DNA of 64,000 nt from Candidatus Aenigmatarchaeota archaeon (GTDB taxonomy: Archaea > Aenigmatarchaeota > Aenigmatarchaeia > PWEA01 > JACQIF01), in the NCBI GenBank assembly GCA_016432325.1, contig CP066684.1:714112-778111 (forward strand). The letters run 5' to 3'. The position numbers and the translations under genes are program-made. This document shows positions 46,712 to 56,181 of this stretch, piece by piece (positions within the stretch are counted from its first letter, which is position 1; each line of letters opens with the position of its first letter). The notes beneath the pieces were generated by a model that made no database searches, was not told the origin of the DNA, and saw only the letters and a list, made by a program, of their open reading frames with translations.

Positions 46712-47296
46712 TCACCCGAATATCCCACCGAATCCTTCGAAAGCCTTCTGCTCCTCGTCATAAATCTTCTTGATGATTTCATCCTTCTTGGCGCCCGTAA
46801 CCTCTTCGACCAGTCCGGTCAGAAGCTCGCGCGCAAGCGCGCACGCGCCGTCCGCCCCGTCTATGAGCAGCACCTGTCCTTTCTCATAACCGAATTGCGT
46901 CGCGTCCTTGAATATTATGGTCTGGCGTTCGATGGACTCGGTTCCTATGCCAAGCACGTTACGAGCCTTGTCCACGTTAGTCAACTCCCAGACAGCCACG
47001 TCGCCTTTCAGAGGATCATCGTCCTCTCCAAGACTCTTGTTGTACGCGTCCCGTATTCTCGTGCGCTCTTCAACGCTCTCCTCATTGGCAACTTTGGACA
47101 ATAGGCTTTTGAGTAGTTCGTACGCCTTGTCGTTGGGTCTCAACAGAAGCATGAAGTAAAACTTGTCTCCAGAGAGGCCGATGTCCTTGGCGGTCCGCGT
47201 GACGAACGTCCTTTTTGAAACGGAATTGTTGCCGACGCCTACTATGTCTTTCACGGCATCCGCGTTCTTCCCCGGCACCAAAAACAGCGCTTGCAT
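46712..47296 (-). CDS. hypothetical protein ending in a ribosomal-stalk-like C-terminal tail
   Basis: 194 aa with C-terminus ...KKIYDEEQKAFEGFGGIFG. The TATA (TTAAATAG, 47318..47325) is centred 25.5 nt upstream of the ATG, which indicates a leaderless operon start. Confidence 0.6.
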   Translation of the reverse strand: MQALFLVPGKNADAVKDIVGVGNNSVSKRTFVTRTAKDIGLSGDKFYFMLLLRPNDKAYELLKSLLSKVANEESVEERTRIRDAYNKSLGEDDDPLKGDVAVWELTNVDKARNVLGIGTESIERQTIIFKDATQFGYEKGQVLLIDGADGACALARELLTGLVEEVTGAKKDEIIKKIYDEEQKAFEGFGGIFG

Positions 47297-47317
47297 TGAA
47301 TCACGCTGAGAACGAAG

Positions 47318-47755
47318 CTATTTAACCTTCTTTACGGGCGCTGCTGTCGCTTTCTCATCGCCGTCTTTCTTCTCCTCTTGCTTCCCGCCCTTCCTCGCCT
47401 TCTCCGTTTCTTTCCGCTCTCGCGCCTTCTTGCCGTGCTGCGTCCACGCTTCCACCAACCACTCCTTCTCTTCGTCCTTGGCGGTGGCGCGCAGGTCTAT
47501 CTTAACCTCGGGCTGTTCGATTTGCTGCTCGACAACCTTGGCAGCCGTCTCGGCATGCTCCATCGAATACTCCTTCTCCTTCGTCTCCTCCTCTTCGGGT
47601 TTCTTCTCCTCTTCCTTTTTTTGTATCGCGTAGCCTTCTATGCTCTTGACTACATATGCCGTGTCTCCGCGCACGTCAAACTCCTTGTGTGCGCTCTCTT
47701 CCTCTTCCTTCTCCTTCTCCCTTTGCGTCACGTAACGCCCGCCGCGGAATACCAT
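47318..47755 (-). CDS. hypothetical highly charged (K/E-rich) protein
   Basis: The start is trimmed to MVFRGGRY. About 45% of residues are charged. No recognisable motif. Confidence 0.45.
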   Translation of the reverse strand: MVFRGGRYVTQREKEKEEEESAHKEFDVRGDTAYVVKSIEGYAIQKKEEEKKPEEEETKEKEYSMEHAETAAKVVEQQIEQPEVKIDLRATAKDEEKEWLVEAWTQHGKKARERKETEKARKGGKQEEKKDGDEKATAAPVKKVK

Positions 47756-47795
47756 GCAATCGGAATATTTAGCCGGGAAAGAGATAAATAAAGAG

Positions 47796-48305
47796 ATGAG
47801 AGAAGCGATAGTCATAGCGGTTCTGATCACGGCAGGATGCGTGGCAGGGGAGGCGGCGGATATGCTAACGTTGAAAAGCGGCGCATTCGCGGACGGTGGA
47901 GAGATTCCCGAGAAATACGGCTACAAACGAGATAACGTGAGTCCGCCTCTGGAGATATCCAGCGTGCCTGCCGACGCACGGTCACTCGTTCTGATAATGG
48001 ACGACCCGGACGCGCAGCGCGTTGCCGGGCGCGTGTGGGTTCACTGGGTCGTCTGGAACATGCCTGCTGAAACGCGTGCGATAGAAGAAGGCGAGTCGCC
48101 GGGAATAGAAGGCAAAACGGACTTCGGGACAGTCGGTTACGGAGGACCCGCGCCGCCGGACCGCCCGCACGTGTACGTCTTTAAATTGTATGCGTTAGAC
48201 GCGATGTTGGACTTGCCCGAAGGTTCGACAAAGGAGCAGGTCGAAGCCGCGATGCGCGGGCACGTCATAGCGCAAACGCAGCTGAAAGGAAGATACGCGC
48301 CTTAG
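47796..48305 (+). CDS. PEBP/YbhB-family protein with lipobox-type signal peptide
   Basis: MREAIVIAVLITAGCVAGE is the signal peptide. VSPPLEISSVPADARSLVLIMDDPDA...WVHWVVWNMP...GYGGPAPPDRPHVYVFKLYAL is the PEBP signature. Confidence 0.85.
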   Translation: MREAIVIAVLITAGCVAGEAADMLTLKSGAFADGGEIPEKYGYKRDNVSPPLEISSVPADARSLVLIMDDPDAQRVAGRVWVHWVVWNMPAETRAIEEGESPGIEGKTDFGTVGYGGPAPPDRPHVYVFKLYALDAMLDLPEGSTKEQVEAAMRGHVIAQTQLKGRYAP

Positions 48306-50314
48306 TCTCGCAACTGGTCCATCAGCCTTTTGCTCGGCTTCCAGCCAAGCGTGCGCGTGGCAGCGGTGGTATCTACTTTCACGCGGCGGTATGTAGGCGT
48401 GAGTTGCCTCGTGCGAGGGCCGTTCTTCTTCATCGCACGCAAAAGCGTTCCGCCTCCAAGAATCAGCGTGGATGCAAACCAGTGAGGAACGTACACCGCA
48501 CGCATCTTCGGATTGAGTTCGCTCAGGCGCAAGCGCAGCGCGTCTTCGAGTATGACGCTGTCCGGATGCACGATGTTGAAGACCTTGCCCGCGGAAGAGG
48601 CGTTCTGAAGGGCCCGTATGACAGCGTCTGCGACATCGTCCGCGTGAACCATCGCCAAAGGTTTCTTTCCGTCGATAAGGCACAAGAGAAGGCCGTTCAT
48701 CCTGCGGCCCGATAGTTTCTCGAGAGTGCGTCCGCGGCCGAAGACGAGACCGGGGCGAAGTATGGTCCACGGAGGCTTGCCGGATAGATGCGACAGCGCA
48801 ACCTCTTCGGCCTGTTTCTTTGCGACGGTCGCCGCGCCGCGCTGATGCGGCTGTGATTCGAGAGGAGTCTCTTCGGTCATGACATCGCCGTTTTTGAGAG
48901 AAGCGTAGTCATAGATTCCCATGGAGCCGATATGTATCACGCGCTTCGCGCCTGTGCACGCCGCCACGTTCTGCGTGCCACGAACACTCGTGGAGATTAT
49001 GAAGTCGCGACTGCCGCGCAGTGCTGCCGCGCCGTGTACGATTGCGTCCGCGCCTTTCGCAGCGTCCTTGACGTCCGCAAGATTCCTGATGTCACCGAAA
49101 CGTATTTCGACTCCGAGGCGTTCGAGCGCGTCGATGCGCGAGAGAGGCCGTACGAACGCCCGCACGCGATAGCCGTCTTTAACCAGACGTTCCACAATGG
49201 CAGAGCCGAGATAGCCGGCCGCACCCGTGACGAGCACCGTGCCGCGCTTCGCATCTTTCTGTTTTGAAGGCCGCGCTGTCGTGTCGAGGCGCAACCGTCC
49301 GCCTTGCTTCACGATTTGCTCCTCGACTTCGCTCACTGCGAGAGCCAGCTCTTGCGAGACGGGCGCAGGCCCGTTGCTTGCAAGAGCCGCATAAAACTCT
49401 TCAATGAGAACGTGCAAGCCGTGGTAAGGAACCAGACGCTTCGTAAGATGTTCGTAGATGTTCCTGAAGGTGCTGCCTGTCAGCTGGCGAGCCTTGTTCA
49501 GGTTCGCGCGCAGCCTGTAGAGGCGGCCTTCCTTTTCGACAAGCACGGTCATAGTCATGTAGTCCACTGTAACGGAGCCGCGCTCGCACTGCACGCGGAC
49601 GAAACGCGTTGGCGGTCGCGTGGCCATCGAGAGCACCGCATGCGCCGTTGCGGACGAGCCTTCCATGGTTATCTCTATATGGTCTGTGAGCCCTTGGGGA
49701 AGGGAGCCCGTCGCTTTGTGCGTCACGTGTACGTCGAGAGGTTTGCCGATAAGGTAGAGTGAGAGATAGAGCGGATGCGCAAAGACGTCGTGCATCGGTC
49801 CTCCTGGAAGACCGAAGCTCCAATGTACGTTTTCCTTCCTCGCAAGCTCCTGCTCCAGCGAGTATTGGCACTCGACGCGCACCACACGGCCCAGCGCGCC
49901 GCTCTGCACGATTTGGAAAGCTTCGCGAGTGCGCGGGTGGAAGAGCAGTATGAAATCCGGACATATCAGGACGCCTTTCTTGGCCGCGCGCCTGTATAGG
50001 TCCGCGGCCTCGGCGTGCGTCAGTGTCATCGGCTTTTCTATCAGAACGTTAACTCCGGCTTCTATAGCGCGCTTCGCCTGCTCGTAGTGGTAGAACGGAG
50101 GAGTCGTTATGTGCAGCACGTCGAGCTTCGTTTTGAGCAGTTCGTCCAGCGAGCCGTACGCGCGTGCGCCGCACTTCTCGGCGAAGCGCTTGGCGGCGTC
50201 GACGTTGACGTCGGCTACTCCAACGACCTGCGCGCCCGTTCTGGACAGGAACTTCACATGGTGTTCTGCGACAAAGCCGCAGCCGACGATACCTACGCGC
50301 AAACGTCGAGACAT
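48302..50314 (-). CDS. fusion protein: Gfo/Idh/MocA oxidoreductase (N-terminal) plus NAD-dependent epimerase/dehydratase (SDR, C-terminal)
   Basis: LRVGIVGCGFVAEHH and VLIEKPM mark the N-terminal half. VLVTGAAGYLGSAIVERL (TGxxGxxG) and a YxxxK-type SDR region mark the C-terminal half. It is a single 670-aa ORF. Confidence 0.75.
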   Translation of the reverse strand: MSRRLRVGIVGCGFVAEHHVKFLSRTGAQVVGVADVNVDAAKRFAEKCGARAYGSLDELLKTKLDVLHITTPPFYHYEQAKRAIEAGVNVLIEKPMTLTHAEAADLYRRAAKKGVLICPDFILLFHPRTREAFQIVQSGALGRVVRVECQYSLEQELARKENVHWSFGLPGGPMHDVFAHPLYLSLYLIGKPLDVHVTHKATGSLPQGLTDHIEITMEGSSATAHAVLSMATRPPTRFVRVQCERGSVTVDYMTMTVLVEKEGRLYRLRANLNKARQLTGSTFRNIYEHLTKRLVPYHGLHVLIEEFYAALASNGPAPVSQELALAVSEVEEQIVKQGGRLRLDTTARPSKQKDAKRGTVLVTGAAGYLGSAIVERLVKDGYRVRAFVRPLSRIDALERLGVEIRFGDIRNLADVKDAAKGADAIVHGAAALRGSRDFIISTSVRGTQNVAACTGAKRVIHIGSMGIYDYASLKNGDVMTEETPLESQPHQRGAATVAKKQAEEVALSHLSGKPPWTILRPGLVFGRGRTLEKLSGRRMNGLLLCLIDGKKPLAMVHADDVADAVIRALQNASSAGKVFNIVHPDSVILEDALRLRLSELNPKMRAVYVPHWFASTLILGGGTLLRAMKKNGPRTRQLTPTYRRVKVDTTAATRTLGWKPSKRLMDQLRD

Positions 50315-50335
50315 GAGAAGAAAAGCGCGAATGAC

Positions 50336-51253
50336 CTATTTAATGGCTACTTTGTACGCCTTCGTCAGCGCCGCGACATCGAACTTCTTCATCTTGAGGA
50401 ACGCCTCGGTGACGCGCGCCACGGCCGCCGCGTCCTTGCTCGCCATCATCCCGTCGATGACTGTCGGAACGATTTGCCAAGATACGCCGTAACGGTCCTT
50501 CAACCAACCGCACTGCTCAGACTCGGGCACGGCCGAGAGCTTCCAGTAATAATCGATCTCTTTTTGGTCCTCGCAACGCACGATGAACGAAATGGCCTCG
50601 TTGAAAGCGAACTTGTGCTCGTGCGCGCTGTCCATGGCGCCAAACTCCTGGCCTTCGAGGATGAACGATGCGTATTTTACAGTTCCTTCTTTATCGGGCT
50701 CTTCGCCCTTACCGTGGCGGGCACGAACGTCTACTCCCGTATCGTGGAATACAGACGCGTAGAAACGGATCGCGTCCTCGGCCTTTCCGCAGACTTTTCC
50801 AACAAACATAAGAAAGGGCGTAATCCTTTGCTTAAACTCGCCTTCCACGAAGATGATTTGCCACGATAAACCGTAACGATCCTGGAGCCATCCGTAACGC
50901 TTGCTGAACGGGTACGAACCAAGTTCCATCAGAACCGTGCCACCCTCAGAAAGTTTGGCCCAGATCGTGTCGACCTCCTCCATGCTCGCGCACTTGACGT
51001 GGAACGAAACGGACGGGTTGAACTTGAAGAGCGGGCCCGCGCTGATGGCCATGAAGTCGTATCCCAGTATTTTGAAAGAAACGATGTCGACGGAGCCCGA
51101 CGGGGTGTTGTGTATAGTCGTGACATTCCTTATTTCCGAATCCCCCGTGAAGGCCGAAACGTAGAACGCCGCGGCTTCCTTCGCTTCCTTGTCGAACCAC
51201 AGGTGTGGGACGATTTTTTGTGACGCTGCTTGTGCTTCGCCTTTTGCCACCAT
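50336..51253 (-). CDS. tandem VOC/PhnB-like (3-demethylubiquinone-9 3-methyltransferase domain) protein
   Basis: Two copies of the pattern: KIVPHLWFDKEAKEAAAFY...RYGWLQDRYGLSWQI and RITPFLMFVGKVCGKAEDAIRFY...CGWLKDRYGVSWQI. The start is trimmed to MVAKGEAQ because the track start at 51331 abuts the TATA. The start is uncertain. Confidence 0.65.
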   Translation of the reverse strand: MVAKGEAQAASQKIVPHLWFDKEAKEAAAFYVSAFTGDSEIRNVTTIHNTPSGSVDIVSFKILGYDFMAISAGPLFKFNPSVSFHVKCASMEEVDTIWAKLSEGGTVLMELGSYPFSKRYGWLQDRYGLSWQIIFVEGEFKQRITPFLMFVGKVCGKAEDAIRFYASVFHDTGVDVRARHGKGEEPDKEGTVKYASFILEGQEFGAMDSAHEHKFAFNEAISFIVRCEDQKEIDYYWKLSAVPESEQCGWLKDRYGVSWQIVPTVIDGMMASKDAAAVARVTEAFLKMKKFDVAALTKAYKVAIK

Positions 51254-51357
51254 CGCCACCCCATTCAAATGCCCTTCGGCGCCATATATAATGTTGCCCT
51301 TAACCGGGCCTCCGTTGGATTCCATTTGCATTTATTAAGCGTCTGCGCATCTAGTCC

Positions 51358-52548
51358 ATGAAACCGTTCATTCTTCTGGCCATCGTCTTCATAGCCGGGT
51401 GCGTGGCGTCCTCTGAGCTGCCTCCGCTCGCCGCGTCTGAAGAAGGTGGCACGGGACCGTCAGGCGAGAGTACACCCGACACAACGCAGGATGTCGATTC
51501 CATCAACGAAACAGAAGCCGAGGAGCCGCTCTCTTATGAAGAAACGGTTTGGAAGGAGAGGGTTGACGCCGCTCTGGAGCCCGCGTCCTGCCCGGCGTTG
51601 CGCAAGAAAACGTATCCGGAAGGATATTATAAGGGACCTCTCATAGACACGCACCTGCACATTCCCTCGATTCCGACCTCGCCGCCCGGCGAGGAGGACG
51701 AGGAAGAGGACCAATTCCCGCGTCTCGGCGTCAACGTGAAGGTGGCTGATGTGGTGTGCACACTAAAGCACGAAAACACGAAGAGCGCGTTCGTGTTCTT
51801 CCCGGTCTCAAGGGACGAATACGAAATTTCTGTGGAGGTCGTGAACAGGACGATGCGAACATACGATGTCTTCGTCCCTTTCATAATGCCGCCGGACGAT
51901 GACGGTTCACCGACAGGCTACCCCACCGTGGACGCTGATAAGCTGGAAAAGATGATTGGCGTGTATCCAGAGCTGTTCGAGGGATACGGCGAGATAGGCC
52001 TATATGAACGCCGGGGAGGAGCGGCCGAGCTGCCGCCGGATTCCGAGAGGCTGACGAACATCTATCCCATCGTTAGGGAGCACGAACTCGCGGTCTATTT
52101 CCATCCCGGCGAGGATCAGGAAGAGAGTCTGGAGCGCGTTCTCGATGCTTACCCAGACGTCAACTTCATCGTTCACGGCGAGCAGATAGAGGACGAGATT
52201 GCCGGCCTGATGTCCAGACACGACAATGTCTATTTCACCGTCAACGACCTCTATGGTGACCAGTACCTCCTGCATCCCGGCGAAGACGTGGACAGTTTCC
52301 TTGCCGCCACAGACGAATATGAGCCCCTCCTTGAGAAGGACCTCGGCACGTGGAAGAGCCGCATCGAAGCGCATCCCGATCAGTTCGTCTGGGGCACGGA
52401 TCGCGGAGGAATCGCCGTGTGGACGTTCGACAAAGCCGTTGGAGAGCGCCTGAACGACTACGGGCGCGCTTTCATCGGCCGCCTGAACCCGGATGTGCAG
52501 GAGAAATTCGCCTACAGGAATGCCGAGAGGATAGTCGAGGGAAGATAG
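51358..52548 (+). CDS. lipobox-bearing amidohydrolase-family (TIM-barrel metal hydrolase) protein
   Basis: LAIVFIAGCVASS is the lipobox. LIDTHLHIPS is the HxH metal motif. It is a paralog of the C-terminal part of 56182..57963. Confidence 0.65.
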   Translation: MKPFILLAIVFIAGCVASSELPPLAASEEGGTGPSGESTPDTTQDVDSINETEAEEPLSYEETVWKERVDAALEPASCPALRKKTYPEGYYKGPLIDTHLHIPSIPTSPPGEEDEEEDQFPRLGVNVKVADVVCTLKHENTKSAFVFFPVSRDEYEISVEVVNRTMRTYDVFVPFIMPPDDDGSPTGYPTVDADKLEKMIGVYPELFEGYGEIGLYERRGGAAELPPDSERLTNIYPIVREHELAVYFHPGEDQEESLERVLDAYPDVNFIVHGEQIEDEIAGLMSRHDNVYFTVNDLYGDQYLLHPGEDVDSFLAATDEYEPLLEKDLGTWKSRIEAHPDQFVWGTDRGGIAVWTFDKAVGERLNDYGRAFIGRLNPDVQEKFAYRNAERIVEGR

Positions 52549-52549
52549 G

Positions 52550-53713
52550 ATGCACTACAAGACGTTCCTTATAGTCGGGATTCTTCTCTCCGCGGGTTGC
52601 GTAGGAGAGAAACAAGAGTACGAACCCACCGGAAACGCGACGATCGGGTACATAGGATGCTCGAATACACGGGAGACGGTTGAAGGATATTATCACAATG
52701 GCGGCTCGCAGATGTGGCACTACGACAAGAGGTATGATTCCGGTACTGTTGTTGACTGGGCGCGTGACGCGGAAAGCGACTATTGGGAAGTATTTGATGA
52801 CCTAACCGATAGAAATCCAAGGACCAAGATAATATGGTGGGAGCTTTGCATAATGGACGGCGAGAGGGAAACGAGTTACGAACACGCCGCCATCGTATTA
52901 GACCGCATAAGAGAACGGATCCCGGACGCGGTAATCTACGTATCGCCGCTCGCGGAATACACGGACGGAGTGTGTGAAATAACAGGCACGTGGGGATTGG
53001 AAAAAGCGCAGGAGTTGGCGTCGGAACTGGACGATAAGAACGAGGATGTATCCCTTGGTCCTGTCCTTGGGCCGATGACTCCGGAGTTTACGCGCGAAGA
53101 CGGATGCCATCTTAGCCAGGACGGAAAATGGAACTTGGGCCGCCAGCTAAGGAAGTTCTTCGACGCGCCCGGCAGCGCGACCGTTGGATACATCGGATGC
53201 TCTAACACAAGGCAGACAATCGACGGCTACCGCATGGTAGGAGGCACCGAGATATGGGAACCGAACCAAGCCTCGCACAGAGACTATGACAGCGGTTCCG
53301 TGGAAGGTTGGGCGAGGATGGAAGACAATTTTTGGAGAAACTTTGATATTTACCTGGAATGGAATCCCAACACGACAACGATGTGGTGGGAGTTGTGCGT
53401 TCCAGAAGATCACGCGACGCCGTACGAAGGGGCCGTTGTCGTACTGAACGAGGTTCGCGCACGAATACCCGGAGTCACTTTTTACGTAACCCCCCTTCCG
53501 GACTACACAGAAGGCGTGTGCAGGATAACGGGCACGGCAGGAATTGAACGGGCGCGCGCCCTGGCGCTCGAGCTGGACGAGCGCAACGAGGACGTGCTTA
53601 TGGGCCCGGAGCTGGGTCCCATGACACCCGAATATACAGATGCGGACGGATGCCATCTCACCGTCGAGGGAGCGCGCGCGTTGGGCGAGCAGCTGAAAGA
53701 GTTCTTCGGCTAG
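52550..53713 (+). CDS. lipoprotein made of two tandem ~175-aa domains (SGNH-hydrolase-like?)
   Basis: ILLSAGCVGEK is the lipobox. The halves ATIGYIGCSNTRETVEGY...DGCHLSQDG and ATVGYIGCSNTRQTIDGY...DGCHLTVEG align along their full length. It starts 1 nt after the preceding gene. Confidence 0.6.
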   Translation: MHYKTFLIVGILLSAGCVGEKQEYEPTGNATIGYIGCSNTRETVEGYYHNGGSQMWHYDKRYDSGTVVDWARDAESDYWEVFDDLTDRNPRTKIIWWELCIMDGERETSYEHAAIVLDRIRERIPDAVIYVSPLAEYTDGVCEITGTWGLEKAQELASELDDKNEDVSLGPVLGPMTPEFTREDGCHLSQDGKWNLGRQLRKFFDAPGSATVGYIGCSNTRQTIDGYRMVGGTEIWEPNQASHRDYDSGSVEGWARMEDNFWRNFDIYLEWNPNTTTMWWELCVPEDHATPYEGAVVVLNEVRARIPGVTFYVTPLPDYTEGVCRITGTAGIERARALALELDERNEDVLMGPELGPMTPEYTDADGCHLTVEGARALGEQLKEFFG

Positions 53714-53729
53714 ACGGTCGCCTCGACTC

Positions 53730-55280
53730 TCACCCTGAATGATTTTCAGACAGCATCCGGTTCCACTTGGCCCACAAGTCTTCCGCGGGCTTGCCCCTTA
53801 CAGAGAGGTCCGGGCAAAGCGGGTTCTCCCAATGGGTATATCCAAACTGGACGTAACCGATTACAAACGGCCTCTGGCTCATCGCCCTGAAATAAGCGTT
53901 TACGGTTCTTGCCTGATCCTCAGGACCAAATTCATACGGACCGCCTTCCAGTACATCTTCCTCGCTTCCCATCCACGCGACAGAGCTGATGTTGTAGAAG
54001 GTGGCTCCTCTCCACGTCTCTTTCACGTTGAAGTATGTCGTTCTTACCAAGACGGGCTTGTCGAATTCGTCATAGAGCACCTTTGTTCCGTCGAGCATCT
54101 TCCCCGCACCTTCCTCCAACTCGGCGTCCGTGGGACTGTCTTCCAACGAAATGGAATGGTCAATTGCTATGTAAAAGTAGTCTAGTTCGTCGGCCCATGT
54201 TATGTATTCCGCGGAAGGAACGACGCCGTAACCTTGGAAGCTCCAGACCATCTGCCCCACATCTCCGGAGAAGTTCTTCTTTATCGCCTGGAATATTCTT
54301 CTCCAGCGCTCATCCTTGTCGGCACCCTGATAGTCGTTTCCAACGGCATAGTGAATCGAGTCGACGCCCGTTTCCTCTGCAACGATTGCCATGCGAACCA
54401 AATAGCCCTCGACCTCGGAGAAATACGCGTCCCACCACTCGTCGCTCCTGTTCCTGAAATCCAGCGTTTCGCAGCACGTCTGGGGACCGAGCATTACCTT
54501 GAGTCCTTGGCTTTTGTAGGCCAGAATCTCTTCCTTCAGCTTTTCTTCATTCGGATAGTTTGGATTCTCGCCAACGTTGTTCACCACCTTCGGCAGGCCG
54601 TCTACCATAGTCAGCTGTTCCGCGGGATCAATCTCGACCCATCCGTAGCCGTTGTTTTTCAGGTGCGCCGCTGTCGAGCCGAAGAAATCGTCGAACGCGG
54701 GAACGTAGAAGTCCTCGATAACCTGCCCGGACCTGAACTCAATTCCGTTAATCCGCGGCGAGAAGGTCCCTTCAGGCTCTATCGGAGACGTCTTTACTAT
54801 CTCCGTTCCCGCGGCAGGGAACCATCTCCATCTTCCCACAGCGTCCTTCTGAACCTTGCCGTTCTCGAATTTGGTCTCTCTGCCCTGCCTCGTCCAGAAG
54901 TAGTCGTTTGTGTCGGGTTCGAGATACTCTGCCGTATGATAGTCGTACCCGTTCCTGCCGTACCTGTACCTGACGTTGCCGTTTTCTGCAAGGGTTTCCA
55001 GTTCGTTGATAGAAACGTTATGGCCGTATGTGGAGACTCCGATTTTGTCCATCTTGTAGCCCTTCTGGTTGTGAAGGTAAATCCAGACAGTGTCTCCGTC
55101 CAACGTGTTCGAAGGTACATCGACCTCGAACGTCATGACCGCATTTTCACGCAACGCGCTTTCTTGGGCATTCGCTCTTTCTATTTCAGCCGTATATTCG
55201 GGGTCGATGCTGAGATTCTTCAAAAAGAAAAGTCCCAGAATTACTATTACAACCGCTCCTGCAACAACTCGACTCTTCAT
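53730..55280 (-). CDS. membrane-anchored putative glycoside hydrolase (TIM-barrel, GH5/GH113-like)
   Basis: The start is trimmed to MKSRVVAGAVVIVILGLFFL (a signal anchor). The C-terminal half resembles (beta/alpha)8 glycosidases (GLKVMLGPQ...WWDAYF...IVAEETGVDSIHYAVGNDY). This is a weak call. Confidence 0.4.
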   Translation of the reverse strand: MKSRVVAGAVVIVILGLFFLKNLSIDPEYTAEIERANAQESALRENAVMTFEVDVPSNTLDGDTVWIYLHNQKGYKMDKIGVSTYGHNVSINELETLAENGNVRYRYGRNGYDYHTAEYLEPDTNDYFWTRQGRETKFENGKVQKDAVGRWRWFPAAGTEIVKTSPIEPEGTFSPRINGIEFRSGQVIEDFYVPAFDDFFGSTAAHLKNNGYGWVEIDPAEQLTMVDGLPKVVNNVGENPNYPNEEKLKEEILAYKSQGLKVMLGPQTCCETLDFRNRSDEWWDAYFSEVEGYLVRMAIVAEETGVDSIHYAVGNDYQGADKDERWRRIFQAIKKNFSGDVGQMVWSFQGYGVVPSAEYITWADELDYFYIAIDHSISLEDSPTDAELEEGAGKMLDGTKVLYDEFDKPVLVRTTYFNVKETWRGATFYNISSVAWMGSEEDVLEGGPYEFGPEDQARTVNAYFRAMSQRPFVIGYVQFGYTHWENPLCPDLSVRGKPAEDLWAKWNRMLSENHSG

Positions 55281-55338
55281 GCGATTAGTAGGAATATCAC
55301 TATAAAATACCTTTATTAAGAGTCCGTCCATCTAACCT

Positions 55339-56148
55339 ATGAAACAGTTCGTTCTGCTGTTGGTCATTGTTTTCGTGGCCGGTTGCATCGGCGGAGAACC
55401 GTACACCGAATCCATCGCCGTTCCGGATCATGGCGGGATGGCGGCGGCCAACGAATCCGTTTCCATTGAAACTCACTCAGGGGAAGCCATCGTTCGCTGG
55501 GAATATGACAGAGAAGCGTCCGAGTGGAAACCCCGCGGAGACCCTCCGGAATGCCCGGCAGTCGTGATGCAGACGCCCGTCGATATCGATATTGCGACGT
55601 CGATCCTTTATCCTGGCCAAGAGCGGACCGGCGACTACAAGCCCCACGGCGGCTTCCGTTTTGACAACTCCGACAACGCCATAGAGGTTCGCGCGCCGTT
55701 TGACGGGTACATGTTCAGGGGCAGCCGCTCTCTCTCAAACGGCGAGATACAGTACAGTTTGGACGTGGTCCATCCGTGCGGGATCGTGTACAGGTTAGGT
55801 CACATTCTTGAGCTGCCGCCCAAATGGGCCGCTGTGGCTGAGAAGTTCCGCGAGCCGACGGAAGGCGACACGCGGACCACGGAAGTCGAACCGGTTCGCG
55901 TCGAAACCGGAGAGGTTCTGGCCACGAAGGTCGGTTTGGAGAACAACGTCTTCGTCGATTGGGGAGTTTACGATCTGCGTCAGAGGAACGAGGCTTCGCA
56001 AGACCCCGCGTGGGCAGCCGAGCGCGGAGGCGAGCACGCGTCTTACGCGCTTTGCTGGTTCGAACTCCTGCCGCCAGATGACGAGCAGGCCGTCAGGGCG
56101 CTTCCGCCTGCCGACGGCACGATGGGCACGACGAGCGACTACTGTTAA
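55339..56148 (+). CDS. lipoprotein of unknown function, paralog of 61428..62543
   Basis: VIVFVAGCIGGE is the lipobox. It shares motifs with 61428..62543: IEVRAP-x-D and (A/T)GEV(L/V)A. Confidence 0.55.
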   Translation: MKQFVLLLVIVFVAGCIGGEPYTESIAVPDHGGMAAANESVSIETHSGEAIVRWEYDREASEWKPRGDPPECPAVVMQTPVDIDIATSILYPGQERTGDYKPHGGFRFDNSDNAIEVRAPFDGYMFRGSRSLSNGEIQYSLDVVHPCGIVYRLGHILELPPKWAAVAEKFREPTEGDTRTTEVEPVRVETGEVLATKVGLENNVFVDWGVYDLRQRNEASQDPAWAAERGGEHASYALCWFELLPPDDEQAVRALPPADGTMGTTSDYC

Positions 56149-56181
56149 GCGCCCTCAACTTTTTGGTAGTAAGAGTCTTGC

